A stretch of DNA of 64,000 bases. It comes from Squalus acanthias (taxonomy: Eukaryota). This document shows positions 24,465 through 35,499 of this stretch, piece by piece. Below the pieces are notes generated by a model. The model saw nothing but the letters and a program-made list of their open reading frames with translations. It was not told the DNA's origin and did no database searches. The translations under genes were made by a program, and so were the position numbers. The stretch's first letter is position 1. Each line of letters begins with the position of its first letter. The stretch covers positions 113,214,001 through 113,278,000 of the forward strand of contig CM059431.1 of the NCBI GenBank assembly GCA_030390025.1, written 5' to 3'.

Positions 24465-25576
24465 CTCTTTCTCTCTCCACGGATGCTGCCTGGCCTGCTG
24501 AGTTTTTCCAGCGTTTTCTGTTGTTATTTCGGATTTCCAGCATCTGCAGTATTTTGCTATAAATACTCAGGCATGGGCCCAGCTTGCTTAGGACATTCCT
24601 CAACAGGAACTAGTGAAGGACACAACTAGATCTCCATGTTGAAAAACAGTTGATTAAAGCTTTGTTTAACGCTTAGACCAAGTGCCTAGTAGTTTTCTTA
24701 CGTCACTCACCTCTGTCAAAAGATTTGTGGATTCAAGCCCCACTCCGGGACTTGGGCACATATTCTAGGCTGACACTTCAGTGTAGTATTAACAAGGTGC
24801 TGCATCAAATCATAGAAATGATAGTACAAGAAGGAGGTCATGTGTCCTTTTGTCCCCGTGCTGGTGCTAGCTACTCTAATCCTACATTTTTCCTTTTCAT
24901 ATACTTATCCAAATCCAAATCCAGGAGCACAAATTTATAACGTTACCCCCTGCATGAATGCAAGTTCTTTCTTTACTCAGCTACCCAGATAGTGCTAATG
25001 TGAAGAAAGGAGAAGAGTACAAAACAATACATTAAAAGGAAGTTGTCTCACTATCAAAAGCAAAACAGACGCTCTACAAGCCTATCTGGAATACATCAGT
25101 AAGCTGGAATTATTGCAGGCGTGTTAATCATATTTCTTTTCTATTTTGTAGAAACTCTGAGGAGGAACATGTTTGGCTTTAGTCGCTTTGGAGTAAAATA
25201 TTTCTGTGGAAAGATTATGGGGTAAAAATTAGGTCGCGCCCCATTTGGGGCGCAAATATCGTCTGGACGCAAATATTAGCGCCTGGCGCTAATTATCGGC
25301 ACTGACAGGAAACTTCACTTTTACCGCCCCGGGAGGTGAGTGGAGCGCTAAAGCAGGCGCGGCACACCTGTCTTAAGGCGCAAAGGCCAAGGAGTGAGGC
25401 GCTAACTCAGCGCACGAGCGCAGCGCAGCTGCTGCCAGTTAGCGAGGGAACACAGACACACTGGCGCCGGACACTTCTTAAAGCGGGGGGGGGCCACTTG
25501 CTCCCCAGCCACACCCTGCTCATTGCAGCCTTGAATCTCAGCCTGGAGAGACCTGTAATCCATTTTGCTGCCAAGC

Positions 25577-27509
25577 ATGGAGAGGGTGAGAGAACGCGCT
25601 CATCTCTTCACCGAGCGGGCCTTGGATGCTCTGGTTGACGCAGTGGAGCGCAGACGATGCATGCTGTTCCCGGAGAGTGGCAGGAGGCCTTTGCCACGCG
25701 AGTTCAGAAGAGTGTGGAGGGAGGTGGCTCAGAGCGTCTCCTCCAGGAGCATGGTGCCCAGGACCCATGTTCAATGCCGCAAAAAGTTCAACGACCTCAC
25801 TCGGGTCGTCAGGGTGAGTGGCTTTTTCTCAATACCTCTCCATCCCTCCATCTCAACCTCACTCTATGGCCAGAGGGTCTTAAAACCCCAATGCACAACA
25901 CTCATCCAACACCTATGGCCCTTTCATCAAACACACACACACATTCTACACTTTGCATACAGTAAGGGCTATTCACCTATGGGAGGCACATCAGGCAAGA
26001 CCATGGCTGTATATTGTAAGGGCTATTCACCTATGGGAGGCACATCAGGCAAGACCATGGCTGTATATTGTAAGGGCTATTCACCTATGGGAGGCACATC
26101 AGGCAAGACCATGGCTGTATATTGTAAGGGCTATTCACCTATGGGAGGCACATCAGGCAAGACCATGGCTGTATATTTACTCAGATGCTGTCCTTTTTCT
26201 TGCAGGCTAAACTGGCTCATAATCGGAGACAGCAGCAACGGACGGGTGGAGGGCGGCTTCAGCTGCAACCCCTCAGCGATCTGGAGGAGCGCGTCCACAG
26301 GATTGTGGCAAGCCGGGTGATCGGTCCCGTCGCCACTGGAGACGCCGACCCCGTTCTGGACAGCAATGGTAAGGTCATCACCTTTTTGTCCTCTGTCCTT
26401 CCACTTGTCCCTCACAATACCAGCCTTTGACACTTTCAATCCAACTTGCTAACTCGCTGCACTTATTCCTCCCTTACTGCCACCCTGTCCTCACGCTAAA
26501 GCCACTCTTGTACCTCCCTGCTTTCAGATGGTGATTCACCAGCTGAGGAGACGGGCCCTGAAGCTGCCACTGGGAGTGATGCTGCAGCTGAGGAGGAAGA
26601 GGAAGCCAGAGCATCAGTGCCACCCTCTCCCGAGGAAGCCCATGCCCACACTGGGAACACGCCTTCCCCGGAGGGGAGCAGGGGGGAAGGGGCTGATGAT
26701 GGTGAAGCTCCAGGACCCAGCGGGCTGCAGCAACGCCATGGGGGGGGGGTAGGGAAGAACGGGGGCCTTCTCCCCAGAGGGAGAGTATGCCAGACACTCC
26801 TACTGCAATGGACGCAGAGGAGGAGCGGCTGATTGCAGAAATGAACACCCAGGCGGTGGGCATGCACACTGAGCTCATGGGTGCAGTGGGAAGGGTGCCC
26901 GAATGCATTGAGTCACTGGCAAGGAGTGTGGAGCACTTCGCTGTAGCACAGGCGGATGCCACACTAACGCTTAGTGCTGCAATTCAGTCACTGGCTGCCG
27001 TGATCCCACCTCTGACTGCTCTCATACAGACTCAGATGGAGGCCACGCGAGCACAGACTGCTGCCAACCTCGATGGTTCGTGCACATGTCCCCGGGGCTG
27101 TCACCGCGCCGCAGCAGGCCAGCAATCTATTCTCCGGCAGATTGCTCCGGATGCTGAAGTGCTGCCCCGTGGGAGTGCCAGTGTGTCGGGCGAGCAGGGA
27201 GTTGCTGTCCTCTCTCACGATGACAGCATTCCTGCTGCCAACACTGTCACTTCTCCACTGCACTTGCCACCGCCTGTAGGACAGACTGCTGCCGCCCATG
27301 CAGAGTTGGTGCAGTCTGCAGCCGGGCCCTCCAGGCCCAGAAGTGGTCGAGGCCGTCCTTCAGGGGCATCTGCAGTGTCAGGGTCTGACGAGCAGCAGCC
27401 TTCCACCAGCCTTGCTGCAGCCACTGAGGTCCCATTACGGAGGAGCAGTAGGGTTAGAAGGGGGGAAGTGCGCAAGGGAAGGAGATCACCCTCGAAGGGC
27501 AAAAAGTAG
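25577..27509 (+). pseudogene. Harbinger Myb/SANT-like gene (exons 25577-25813, 26206-26368, 26528-27509) with a poly-G frameshift
   Basis: RAHLFTERAL..W.EVA..RTHVQCRKKFNDL; GT-AG introns in phase 0 and 1; G10 at 26740-26749 vs G5 in the sister copy shifts exon 3. Confidence 0.88.
25962..26177 (+). repeat. 54-bp x 4 perfect tandem repeat in intron 1
   Basis: Unit GTAAGGGCTATTCACCTATGGGAGGCACATCAGGCAAGACCATGGCTGTATATT; single copy in the sister element. Confidence 0.97.
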
Positions 27510-27803
27510 GAGGTGTGCCAAAATGCTGGTCATTTTTTTATTAAAGGCCGAGGTTCATGGTCGAACTTTTGTTTAGTGTTTTGGACATTATCTCCAGGTT
27601 GTGAGAACCAGTTATGTTATTGACTGTTTTTTTGTGTTTATTTCTATGAGTTTGTCATGAGGAATTGACACACACAGAGTTTGTAAAATAAATAAGTTTC
27701 TGTATTCAAAATATACATGGCTGGTGGTTGGAATTATTGGTGCCTTGGCCGGCTTAGGGGTTGCGTGCTGGGTTGATTAGTGTTTGTAGCAATGGCAGGG
27801 GCC

Positions 27804-28964
27804 CTAGAAGCGGCTTGCTATTAGTCGTTGATGGACGGCCCTTGCAGTTTGACCATTGTGGGCCGCCCTCCTGCCTTGGTGCTGCTGATGATCATCGTCC
27901 TCGTCCTCTTCCTCCTCTTCCTCCTCCTCCTCTGGTGGGGCTACAAGGCCTGGTGGCATTGGCTGGGTCCTGAGGATTGCCATGTTGTGCAACATGCAGC
28001 ACACGAATACGAAGTTCGAAACTTGCTCCGGCGAGTACTGCAGGGCTCCTCCGGAATGGTCCAGACAGCGGAACCGTTGTTTCAGCACGCCGCTTGTGCG
28101 CTCAATAATGTTCCTGGTTGCTTGATGGCTTTCATTGTACCGCAGCTCAGCAGGGGTGTTTGGCGTACGGAGCGGTGTCATCAGCCAGGTGCTCAATGCG
28201 TACCCCTTGTCCCCCAGAAGCCAACCAACTGGCTGATGCGATGCCTCGAAAACTTCTGCCACAGTAGTCTGGCGCAGGATGAAAGCATCGTGGCAGCTGC
28301 CCGGATAGTGGGCATTGACAGCGAGTATCACCTGTCTGTGGTCACAGACCAACTGCACATTCAAGGAATGGAACCCCTTTCTGTTCCTGAATTCCTCTGC
28401 ATTCTCTCGCGGAGCACGCAAAGCCACATGCATGCAGTCAATGGCGCCCTGCACCATGGGGAAGCCCGCTACCCTCGCAAAGCCCAGAGCACGGTCACGC
28501 TGCTTGTCTGGGGTCATAGGGAAAGAGATGAAGTCTCGTCTCCTTCTGAAGAGGGCATTGGTGACCTGCCGGATGCAGCGATGCACCGCAAACTGGGAGA
28601 TATTGGCGAGGTCCCCAACAGCAGCTTGGAATGAGCCAGTGGCGTAGAAGTTCAAAGCCACTGTGACCTTCACTGCCACCGACAGAGACGTCCTGGACCT
28701 CAGCTGAGGCTGCAGATCTGGCTGCAGCAGGTGGCAGAGCTCAGTGACCACCTCCTTGCTGAATCGCAGCCTTCGCAAACACAGCTCCTCGGACATATGG
28801 ATGTAGGAGAGCTGTTCACGATATACCCTGGGAGGGTAAGCTCTCCTGTACATGCGCCTGATGGCCCTCCTCCGTCTGGCCATCATTGCCACTCTCTGTC
28901 TGCGTCTCGGTATCCTCCGATTCAGCTGGAGCAGGACGACGCCCCCAATCATTGCAGCCCCCAT
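27804..28964 (-). CDS. Harbinger DDE transposase, 386 aa, open
   Basis: [58 protein letters not shown], acidic tail. Confidence 0.95.
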   Translation of the reverse strand: MGAAMIGGVVLLQLNRRIPRRRQRVAMMARRRRAIRRMYRRAYPPRVYREQLSYIHMSEELCLRRLRFSKEVVTELCHLLQPDLQPQLRSRTSLSVAVKVTVALNFYATGSFQAAVGDLANISQFAVHRCIRQVTNALFRRRRDFISFPMTPDKQRDRALGFARVAGFPMVQGAIDCMHVALRAPRENAEEFRNRKGFHSLNVQLVCDHRQVILAVNAHYPGSCHDAFILRQTTVAEVFEASHQPVGWLLGDKGYALSTWLMTPLRTPNTPAELRYNESHQATRNIIERTSGVLKQRFRCLDHSGGALQYSPEQVSNFVFVCCMLHNMAILRTQPMPPGLVAPPEEEEEEEEEDEDDDHQQHQGRRAAHNGQTARAVHQRLIASRF

Positions 28965-29681
28965 ATTCTCTTTGCCAGAAAAGTAATGAGGTACAGCAAC
29001 TAAAGTAGCAACAAAGTTAGGATGAACTAGGCAAAACTACCTCACAAAGCGTTGAGTCAATGTAGAAGTCTCTCTCTCTCTCTCTCTCTCTCTCAGAACG
29101 AGTGGTGCATAAATGTCGACCACAGAAAAAGACAGGAAGAGGCCCCCTTTAAATAGCGCCCCCCCCAGCCCCACACCGATTGATAACGTTCCAGTCTTCC
29201 GGTCGTTGGAAGCGCCAGGCGGTAAGGCAGGGGGCGCCACTCAATTTCCGCTCCGGGGCGCCCCAAGGGCGTTGCACCATGGAATGACGTCACAATCTGC
29301 GCGCGCAGGTGGTCGCAGCGGTAAGTTTTAGCGCCGCCGCACAATCTCAAGTTAAGTTCTCGAGCGGCGCAAACAGCGCTGCGCCCGGGCGTTAGCGGCT
29401 TAACGCCCCATTAGCGCCCTCTTAAGGCGCTAACGGGAGGCGCAACCAAGTGAATTTTTACCCCTATGAATTTTCTACACCAACTCCAACAGCAGGTGTT
29501 TATCAATTGTAGTCTGGAACTCATTGTCAGGATTAAGCTAATGCTGGAGATATTCTGTGGGATTGTTGCTTGACACATACTTCCTGCCTATTTTTTGCAT
29601 ATTGCCAAATTCCAGCTGAGGGGAAATGTGTTCTGTGTGCAACAGAATGGAGGACATGTTGAGAATTAACCCTGATACTGA

Positions 29682-30160
29682 AGAAAAGAAAGAAAGACTT
29701 GCATTTATATAGCGCCTTTCACGACCACCAGACGTCTCAAAGCGCTTTACAGCCTATGAAGTGCCACTTGGAGTGTAGTCACTGTTGTAATGTGGGAAAC
29801 GCGACAGCCAATTTGCACACAGCAAGCTCCCACAAACAGCAATGTGATAATGACCAGATAATCTGTTTTTGTTATGTGGATTGAGGGATAAATATTGGCC
29901 AGGACACCGGGGATAACCCCCCACTGCTCTTCTTAGAAATAGTGCCTTGGGATCTTTTACGTCCACCTGAGAGAGCAGACGGGGCCTTGGTTTAACGTCC
30001 CATCTGAAAGACGACACCTCCAACAGTGCAGCACTCCCTCAGCACTGCACTGGTGTGTCAGCCTAGATTTATGTGCTCAAGTCTCATGGAGTGGGACTTG
30101 AACCCACAACCTTCTAGACATCAGAGGCAAGTGGGCTACCCACTGAGCCACAGCTGACAG
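29682..30160 (-). mobile_element. full-length Deu-domain SINE
   Basis: Reverse complement of the 13712-14190 family, with A/B boxes at 30090-30155. Confidence 0.9.
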
Positions 30161-30514
30161 CATAATAGATATTAAAATGGAAAGTGTACCAGAGGGGTGA
30201 TTCATACTGTGTGAGGTTGCATGTCCTTGTGTTGAGAATTGTTGCAATACACATTTGCTGATTGTAACTACAGCATACATCATAAGTGTCCCCATTGAAA
30301 GAAAGCATTTCTTGTCTAGGTGACCTATTCTCATTACTTTGCATCTTTGAGTATTAAAAGAGTTAATAGAGAACTTTATTCCATGTGCAATTTTTGACTT
30401 TGGCAGATCTCTTCAGCTGTGACTGGGTAAATTTTCATCTTTAGTGCAGAACTTCATGTGCCACGGGAGCATGTTAGGAATTCAGCCTCAATAATTTTCC
30501 GTCCATTAATTTAA

Positions 30515-30781
30515 TTAACGAAAAATGACAGGGAACATATGCCTGAATTCCTGATGTGTGTTCTTGGTGTGCAAAACTCTGCAAGTGAATGCTGAAGTAA
30601 AGTACCCCAGCAGTTTTTTCCCCTGTCTTTTCAGCTCCTGTTTCTCCCATACACATCGGGGTGGGAGGGGGGAACAAGCATTAGTCCCATGAAGTATGGT
30701 ATTTCTCTCCCTGACTCCTTCGAGTAGGGTTTTCAGCACCTGGTCAGTAAACCTGGCTATTCTCATTCTGCAACATTCCAC
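30515..30781 (-). pseudogene. decayed Harbinger Myb/SANT exon 1
   Basis: RIARFTDQVLKTLLEGVRERNTILH parallels AAPRFSDDSLHTLVEGVRARREVLF. Confidence 0.6.
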
Positions 30782-31503
30782 TCTTCACCAATATTGTCCA
30801 GTAAACAATTGCCTTCAGCTCCCCTGTACTATCTCAGCTGTCTAAGTGGCTCAAAATTATATTTCACAGCTGATTGTCAAAATTATTGATTCTGTTTTAT
30901 CACAGTTCCAGGGAATAATAAAATGGGCGATGGGGGGTTTACCAGCGTGCTTAGTAACTCTTGACAACTTAACTAATGCTCAGTCAACTCCTTAACAGAA
31001 CACCGATAGGAATTAGATCTTAGATCAACTTCTCAGCCGGATTAATCAAAGCCAATTGAGTCCAAACTTGCAATTCGTCAGCCACAGACTGGATCAGTAT
31101 TAAATTTTGCAGGCCCACAGGATTCCTTCTTTTTCACATTCATATAGAAAATATTTCCTCTACAATAATGTTCTCCATTAATCTATTAAAGTATCATTTA
31201 AAGAAAATTGTGAATGTGTACAGGCTTATTTAATAATGGGTTGCCAAAATGATCAATGGATAGTAGTTTTTAGCAGATCTAATGTTATTTCACCTCTGTC
31301 AATGAGCTAGTATCTGTTACATGGAGATCCTGCCTTTCACTGAACACCGACCCTGAGCTCAGATAATGCTTCGAGTCATTATTTTTGATTCCTAACATGC
31401 TTTCTGTTGATTTAATTATGAATGCTTTTCTGTACATGACTGCACATCAAATAATCTTGAACAAATCCTGTCAAGAAATATATTGGATTTTGTTAAGTAA
31501 CAC

Positions 31504-31527
31504 TTTCCAGCATCCGCAGTATTTTGC
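31504..31527 (+). mobile_element. solo Penelope 3' tail (24 nt)
   Basis: TTTCCAGCATCCGCAGTATTTTGC matches the tail at 24534-24557 (one mismatch); flanked by TAACAC on both sides. Confidence 0.65.
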
Positions 31528-32294
31528 TAACACATTATGGGTAGTTCATTAATTGTTATGGACTCTTCCTCAACGTTTTTGAAGTAACATCAATGCCACT
31601 TCAGCAGGATGGGCAAGTTCATTATGGGGCCATAATTGGATGCACTGTTAATTACAGCGATGATCAGGCAAGTGGAAGGGTGGGACGTGCTATTGGGTAA
31701 GCAAGTCTTAGGCCTATTTCTCACCAAAAGCACACAGAACATCTTAATACAGTCAGGCTGTGATTTAAGAACAGAGGACGGACATACTTTTCATTCAATC
31801 CTCTTTTTAAGCCTTTGAATTGATGGAAATTCATTGAAAGTACTTGTTGCCAAAAATTCGTTTGCTCAACACTGGGAATGTGCTGAAGTCAATCAGCGCT
31901 CATTCAAAACAGACATTGTTTTGAAGAGTCATAGGGGGAGAAATTCAGTATCGCCCCATTTGGGGCGCAATTATCGGCCGGGCGCAAAGATTAGCGCCTG
32001 CCGCTAATTATCGCCACCGACTGCAAACTTGACTTTTATCGCCCCTGTAGGTGATTGCAGCGCTATATCAGGCGCTACACACCTGTCTTAAGGCACAAAG
32101 GCCGAGGAGCGAGGCGCTAACTCAGAGCGCGGGCGCAGCGCAGGTGCTGTCAGTTAACGATGGAACACAGACACACTGGCGCCAGACAGTTCTTAAAGGG
32201 GAGGGTCGATCTTGCACTCCAGCCACACCCTGCTCATTGGAGCCTTGAATCTCGGCCTGGAGAGACCTGTGCCTAAATCTTCCAGCCAAGGACT

Positions 32295-34039
32295 ATGGAG
32301 AGGGTGAGAGAACGAGCTCAGCACTTCAGCGAGCGGGCCTTGGATGCTCTGGTTGGCGCGGTGGAGCGCAGAAGATCTATACTCTTCCCTGAGAGTGGCA
32401 GGAGGCCTTTGCCGCGCGAGTACAGAAGAGTGTGGAGGGAGGTGGCTCAGAGCGTCTCCTGCAGGAGCATGGTGCCCAGGACCCATGTACAATGTCGAAA
32501 AAAGTTCAACGACCTCACTCGGATCGTCAGGGTGAGTGGCTTTTTTTCAATACCTCTCCATCCCTCCATCTCAACCTCACTCTATGGCCAGAGGGTCTTA
32601 AAACCCCAATGCACAACACTCATCCAACACCTATGGCCCTCTCATGAAACACACACGCACATTCCACACTTTGCATACAGTAAGGGCTATTCACCTATGG
32701 GAGGCACATCAGGCAAGACCATGGCTGTATATTTACTCAGACGCCGTCCTTTTTCTTGCAGGCCAAGCTATCTCATAATAGGAGACAGCAGCAACGGACG
32801 GGTGGAGGGCGGCCTCAGCTGCAACCCCTCAGCGATCTTGAGGCGCGTGTCCACAGGATTGTGGCAAGCCGGGTGATCGGTCCCGTCGCCACTGGAGACG
32901 CCGACCCCATTCTGGACAGCAATGGTAAGGTCATCACCTTTTTGTCCTCTGTCCTTCCACTTGTCCCTCACAACACCAGCCTTTGACACTTTCAATCCAA
33001 CTTACTAAATCGCTGCACTCATTCCTCCCTTACTGCCCCCCTGTCCTCACGCTAAAGCCACTCTTGTACCTCCCTGCTTTCAGATGGTGATTCGCCAGCT
33101 GAGGAGACGGGCCTTCAAGCTGCCAGTGGGAGTGAAGCTGCAGGCGAGGAGGAAGATGAAGGCGGAGCATCAGTGACACCCTCTCCCGAGGAAGCCCATG
33201 CCCACACTGGGAACACGCCTTCCCTGGAGGGGAGCAGGGGGGAAGCGTCTGATGAGGGTGAAGCTCCAGGACCCAGCGGGCTGCAGCAACGCCATGGGGG
33301 TAGGGAAGAACGGGGGCCTTCTCCCCGGAGGGAGAGTATGCCAGCGACTCCTACTGCACTGGACGCAGAGGAGGTGCGGCTCATCGCTGAAATGAACACC
33401 CAGGCGGTGGACATGCACACTGAGCTCATGGGCGCAGTGGGAAAGGTGCCCGAATGCATTGAATCACTGGCAAGGAGTGTGGAGCACTTCGCTGTAGCAC
33501 AGGCGGATGCCACACTAAAGCTTAGTGCTGCAATTCAGTCTCAGACTGCTCTCATGCAGACTCAGATTGAGGCCACGCGAGCACTGACTGCTGCCATCCT
33601 CGATGGTTCGTACACATTTCCCCGGGGCTGTCACCGTGCCGCAGCAGGCCAGCAATCTGTGCTCCAGCAGATTGCTCCGGATGCTGAAGTGCTGCCCCTT
33701 GGGAGTGCCAGTGTGTCGGTCGAGCAGGGAGTTGCTGTCCTCTCTCAAGATGACAGCATTCCTGCTGCCACCACTGTCACTTCTCCACTGCACTTGCCAC
33801 TGCCTGTAGGACAGACTGCTGCCGCCCATGCAGAGTTGGTGCAGTCTGCAGCCGGGCCCTCCAGGCCCAGAGCTGGTCGAGGCCGTCCTTCAAGGGCATC
33901 TGCAGTCTCAGGTTCTGACAATCAGCAGCCTTCCACCAGCCTTGCTGCAGCCACTGAGGTCCCATTACGGAGGAGTAGTAGGGTGGGAAGGGGGGAAGTG
34001 CGCAAGGGAAGGAGATCACCCTCGAAGGGCAAAAAGTAG
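32295..34039 (+). CDS. Harbinger Myb/SANT-like DNA-binding protein, spliced (32295-32531, 32762-32924, 33084-34039), 451 aa
   Basis: Donors AGG|GTGAGT and ATG|GTAAGG, acceptors TTGCAG| and TTTCAG|. 237+163+956 nt join in frame without stops: Myb/SANT domain, RTGGG motif, helical region, basic C-terminus. Confidence 0.9.
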
Positions 34040-34338
34040 GAGGTGTGACAAAATGTTGGTCATTTTTTTATTAAAGGCTAAGGTTCGTGGTCAAACTTTT
34101 GGACATTATCTCCAGGTTATGAGAACCAGTTCTGTTAATGACTGTGTTTTTGTGTTTCTTTCTATTAGTTTGTCATGAGGAAATGACACACACAGAGTTT
34201 GTGAAATAAATAAGTTTTTGTATTCAAAATATACATGTTTGGTCTTTGGAATCATTGGTGCCTTGGCCGGCTTAGGGGTTGCGGGTTGGTTTCATTCATG
34301 TTGTTCTCAATGGCAGAAGCCATTTCCTCAGCAGGGGC

Positions 34339-35499
34339 CTAGAAGTGGCTTGCTATCAGCCGTTGACGGACGGCCCTTGCAGTTTCAACATTGTGGGCCG
34401 CCCTCCCGCCTTGGTGCTGCTGATGATCCTCCTCCTCCTCCTCTTCCTCCTCTTCCTCTTCCTCCTCTGGTGGTGCTCCAAGGCCTGGTGGCATTGGCTG
34501 GGTCCTGAGGATTGCCATGTTATGCAGCATGCAGCACAGAACTACGAAGTGGGAAACTCGCTCAGGCGAGTACTGCAGGGCTCCTCCAGAATGGTCCAGA
34601 CAGCGGAACCGTTGCTTGAGCACGCCGATTGTGTTCTCAACGATGTTCCTGGTAGCTTGATGGCTCTCGTTGTACCGCAGCTCAGCAGGGGTGTTGGGCG
34701 TACGGAGCGGTGTCATCAGCCAGGTGCTCAGTGGATACCCCTTGTCCCCGAGAAGCCAACCAACTGGCTGATGCGGTGCCTCGAAAAGTTCTGCCACAGT
34801 AGTCTGGCGCAGGATGAATGCATCGTGGCAGCTGCCAGGATAGTGGGCATTGACAGCGAGTATCAGCTGTCTGTGGTCACAGACCAACTGAACGTTCAAG
34901 GAATGGAACCCCTTTCTGTTCCGGAAATCCTCGGCATTCTCATGCAGAGCACGCAAAGCCACATGCGTGCAGTCAATGACGCCCTGCACCATGGGGAAGC
35001 CCGCTATCCTCGCAAAGCCCATAGCGCGTTCATGCTGCTTGTCTGGGGTCATGGGGAAAGAGATGTACTCTCGTCTCCTTTTAAAGAGGGCATTTGTGAC
35101 CTGACGGATGCAGCAATGCACCGCGAACTGGGAGATATTGGCGATGTCCCCAGCAGCAGATTGAAATGAGCCAGTAGCATAAAAGTTCAGAGCCACTGTG
35201 ATCTTCACTGCCACCGACAGAGACGTCCTGGACCTCAGTTGAGGCTGCAGATCTGGCTGCAGCAGGTGGCAGAGCTCAGTGACCACCTCCTTGCTGAAGC
35301 GCAGCCTTCGCAAACACTGCTCCTCAGACATATGAATGTAGGAGAGCTGTTGACGATATACCCTGGGAGGGTAAGGTCTCCTGTACAGAGGCCTGTTGGC
35401 CCTCCTCCATCTGGCCATGATTGCCACTCTCTCTCTGCGTCTCTGTGTCCTCCGATTCAGGTGGCGCAGGACGACGCCCCCAATCAGTGCAGCCTCCAT
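34339..35499 (-). CDS. Harbinger DDE transposase, 386 aa, intact motifs
   Basis: [60 protein letters not shown]. Confidence 0.96.
   Translation of the reverse strand: MEAALIGGVVLRHLNRRTQRRRERVAIMARWRRANRPLYRRPYPPRVYRQQLSYIHMSEEQCLRRLRFSKEVVTELCHLLQPDLQPQLRSRTSLSVAVKITVALNFYATGSFQSAAGDIANISQFAVHCCIRQVTNALFKRRREYISFPMTPDKQHERAMGFARIAGFPMVQGVIDCTHVALRALHENAEDFRNRKGFHSLNVQLVCDHRQLILAVNAHYPGSCHDAFILRQTTVAELFEAPHQPVGWLLGDKGYPLSTWLMTPLRTPNTPAELRYNESHQATRNIVENTIGVLKQRFRCLDHSGGALQYSPERVSHFVVLCCMLHNMAILRTQPMPPGLGAPPEEEEEEEEEEEEEDHQQHQGGRAAHNVETARAVRQRLIASHF

Larger units (their letters stand above)
23442..24557. mobile_element. Penelope-like retroelement insertion with inverted pLTR structure
   Basis: 14-bp TSD TATAAATACTCAGG (23428-23441, 24558-24571); 439-bp inverted arms 23442-23880 / 24090-24528, 209-bp spacer, 29-nt tail on the right arm only. 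Confidence 0.95.
25219..29464 (-). mobile_element. Full-length PIF/Harbinger DNA transposon, family B copy 1
   Basis: Perfect 12-bp TIR GGGGTAAAAATT; TSD TAT (25216-25218, 29465-29467); two convergent genes. Confidence 0.96.

Noticed and set aside
25962..26177. CRISPR-like array
   Set aside because: Contiguous identical units without spacers inside a eukaryotic intron.
27828..28634. 268-aa plus-strand ORF (and the 296-aa one at 34279-35169)
   Set aside because: Antisense shadows of GC-rich transposase genes with no recognisable domain.
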